A stretch of 64,000 nucleotides of DNA, taken from contig JAWMAR010000033.1 in the NCBI GenBank assembly GCA_036785375.1, positions 10,292,001 to 10,356,000 on the forward strand. Direction: 5' to 3'. Shown here in pieces: positions 61,337 through 64,000 of the stretch. Within the stretch, counting starts at the first letter, position 1, and each line of letters opens with the position of its first letter. This DNA is from Leucoraja ocellata. Taxonomy: Eukaryota. The translations under genes and the position numbers were made by a program. Under the pieces are notes generated by a model that saw only the letters and a program-made list of their open reading frames with translations, ran no database searches and had not been told where the DNA came from.

Positions 61337-64000
61337 TCACTGGGTTTGGTAGCCTGCCATGCCAAATCCTGCTTGGTTGGTTATCACACTGGGACTTTGA
61401 CCTTGTGGAGGCTGCACTCCGTAGTTAGCACCCATCCACGTAGCAGTGGGCGGTGTCTGACTGCAAGACAAAAGGTGGAGACAAAGCACTGGAGTGAGGT
61501 ATGACTAAATAACCAGTGTTACACAACCAAAACAGGACCACCACCTCTTCCAAAACTCAGTGCTAAGATAATTACATAGCTTGGATAAACTTGGATACAT
61601 TACAAACTTTTCTTGTCCAAGTCATTTTAATTAGTGAACAGCTGAGTCCCCAATGCAGATGTTATCCACAAAATAAACCTCAAACAGAATGGCAAATGGC
61701 TCATTCTGTTCATAGTGTTGAGACAATAATATTCTGATCAGTTTATTCTTTAGATTTCCCCCCACACAATGCACAAGTTGCCAGTGTTCTAAAGGCCACC
61801 TGTGGCAAGCGGAAAAGTAGACTCCATTAAAAGACAGGGGCTCAGAAAGATACCATTCTGTCATGCAGTAAACTGCCGTTCCATCACCAAGTTAACATTC
61901 CTTTTTCTCAACAGGTAAACAGATTCCCGCAAACCCTTCAATACAACTTGATCTGGCACATAACAGTCTAAAGAAGGGTCTCGCCCGAAACGTCACCCAT
62001 TCCTTCTCTTCAGAGATGCTGCCTGTCCCGCTGAGTTACTCCAGCATTGTGTTTATCCGACACATAATAATATATTTCAACACAGAAGAAATTTTTTTAA
62101 ATGTTCTCTTACTCCATTCTGAATCCTTGTTGATTCCAGGTTTGTCCATAAACTCCATAAGGTGGCATTTGCCAGCCATTAGGCATATACTGCCCAAACT
62201 GTTGAGTGTTTCCATACCACTGGCCAAACTGGCTCCAAGGTTGAGGATAGCTCATTTGATTTTGCTAATACAAAGGACAAATAAATGAGAGGAAGGGGTT
62301 AAGAAACACAGCAAAAATAACGATGTTTTATCCAGCAATCTTCCACTAATCAAAATCAGGATTACTGGACAAGATTATAATGCAGTTTTAACCTGGTTTT
62401 ACTGCTGTCATTCAAATTAGAAATATCCAAACTAATATGATTAGAGATTGTTTTCAGAAAAAATATTCAATGTTAGACACTATGTCAACTTTAAAGAATA
62501 ATCAGAGAGAAAAAGAATGATCTGAACTCACTTGTTGGAACTGTCCCATGCCATCGGGTGTTTCTTTGCCCCAGTAACATTTGACAATGTGCCCTTCTAT
62601 GGTAGTTCCATTGACTGAGACGATCGCATGTGCAGCACTTTCATGCGATGAAAAACTAAGAAAAATAGAAACACTTTATATACCGACTTTCAATCTTCCA
62701 AGCATTACAGCTATTACAATTCATGTTTTACACAGAGGACAAATGGAGCCAGCTGAATGCTGATGGGAATCAGTCTTTGGAACAGATTATAAATCTGTCA
62801 CTTATTTTCTATGTGTAACAAATCAATGCTGAAAGGCAGTCCACATAATTTTAAGTAGGAAAGAACTGCAGATGCTGGTTTAAATCGAAGGTAGACACAA
62901 AATGCTGGAGTAACTCAGCGGAACAAGCAGCATAATTCCTTCTCTTCAGAGATGCTGCCTGTCCCACTGAATTACTCCGGCATTTTGTGTCTACCTTCCT
63001 ACTTAATATTAAAATGTAAATCCACACAGTCCACATGTATGAATTGTTAAATTAACAAGTCTGCCAATGCTGGTCATAAAATGGAGACAATCACTTCCTA
63101 AAACCACAATAAATTTGAAAGTCCTCAAGCAGTATGAAAATCTTGATTTAAAACTTTACAATGGATTTCCAGTGGACAGTCACATTTATCAATTATAATT
63201 TGTATCATTTTAATGTATTAAATGTTTTAATTAATCACTAATGAGATAAGTACGTGTCTTGCAAATGTGGGGTCTGTATTGTTTAAACTACATTTGCTAC
63301 AGGGGTTTTGGATCGTTACTGCACTTATGTCAATAGTATATTGGACAATGGAGGACCTGGTGTGGGGGTGTAGAACAAAGGAGCTGCCAGCCTCCATACG
63401 AAGTGCTTTGTAACTTTGTCTGCGCCATATGCATACCTTGCATATACAGGCGAGGAATTTCACTGTGCCTTGTCACGTGACAATAAAGTATTCCATTCCA
63501 TATTTAAGCAGAACACCATGGCAATGAAAAATTCTCATTTGAAAATAATTCCAGTTACGAGCCAAATATTAAATTGGATAATTATGCACATTAACCATCC
63601 TTGCTGAAGCATTAGTTGGCATATTGATATTTAATTTATATGTTGGTTTATTACATTTTATGGACTAGGCTTTAGATTGTAAATTAAACAATCCAAATTT
63701 CTTAAGGGTCTCAACCCAAAATGTCACCTATCCATGTTGTCCACGAATGCTGCCTGACCTTCTGAGTTACTCCAGCACTGAGTGTCTTTTTTTGTAAACC
63801 ATCACCTGTAGTTCTTTTGTTTCCACAATCCAATTTTCTCACTCTTCGAGTTCTGATAAAGGGTCATCGACAGTGCTAACTGTTTGTCTCCAAATATGTT
63901 GAGTGATCTGATGAATATTTTGAGCAGTTTGTTTTTAATTGTGAATATTCAAGGCCTGAACATACCGTACAAATGAATATCCTTTCTCAGGAAACACTCT
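61337..64000 (-). CDS. TIA1: TIA1 RNA-binding protein, last four coding exons (RRM3 end and Q-rich prion-like domain); 5' part lies beyond the window
   Basis: Exons 63966-64000 (partial, [12 protein letters not shown]), 62532-62655 ([31 protein letters not shown]), 62113-62264 ([35 protein letters not shown]) and 61337-61460 (..[20 protein letters not shown] stop). TIA1 over TIAL1 is based on [17 protein letters not shown] and adjacency to C2orf42. Confidence 0.88.

Noticed and set aside
61337-64000. Calling the gene TIAL1
   Set aside because: The C-terminal YQTQ resembles TIAL1, but [17 protein letters not shown] and the position beside C2orf42 fit TIA1.

Overview
Eukaryotic vertebrate genomic DNA, not prokaryotic. 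The repeat content (CR1-type, Rex1/Babar, Penelope-derived and V-SINE-like elements) suggests a cartilaginous fish, probably a skate or ray (inference). Four spliced genes lie head-to-tail on the minus strand, reconstructed by hand from GT-AG boundaries with consistent phases. From high to low coordinate they are the 3' end of TIA1 with a long 3' UTR, a complete C2orf42 homolog (540 aa), a complete ANKRD39 (188 aa), and the first 33 coding exons (1228 codons) of a DysF-containing ferlin most like FER1L5. Most ORF-track entries are spurious or are exon/TE fragments. The strongest non-coding observations are: a tandem E-box/CRE-half/RFX-half array at the ferlin promoter; a tandem ZNF143/THAP11-motif array at the C2orf42 promoter; a complete non-autonomous Helitron carrying a well-spaced core promoter; hammerhead-ribozyme cores in Penelope-derived repeats, including a retrozyme-like tandem; a 31-bp palindrome with an 8-bp TSD; and a retroposon copy containing 20 bp identical to the end of the putative ANKRD39 5' exon. 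No database searches were run, and gene names rest on recalled similarity and synteny.
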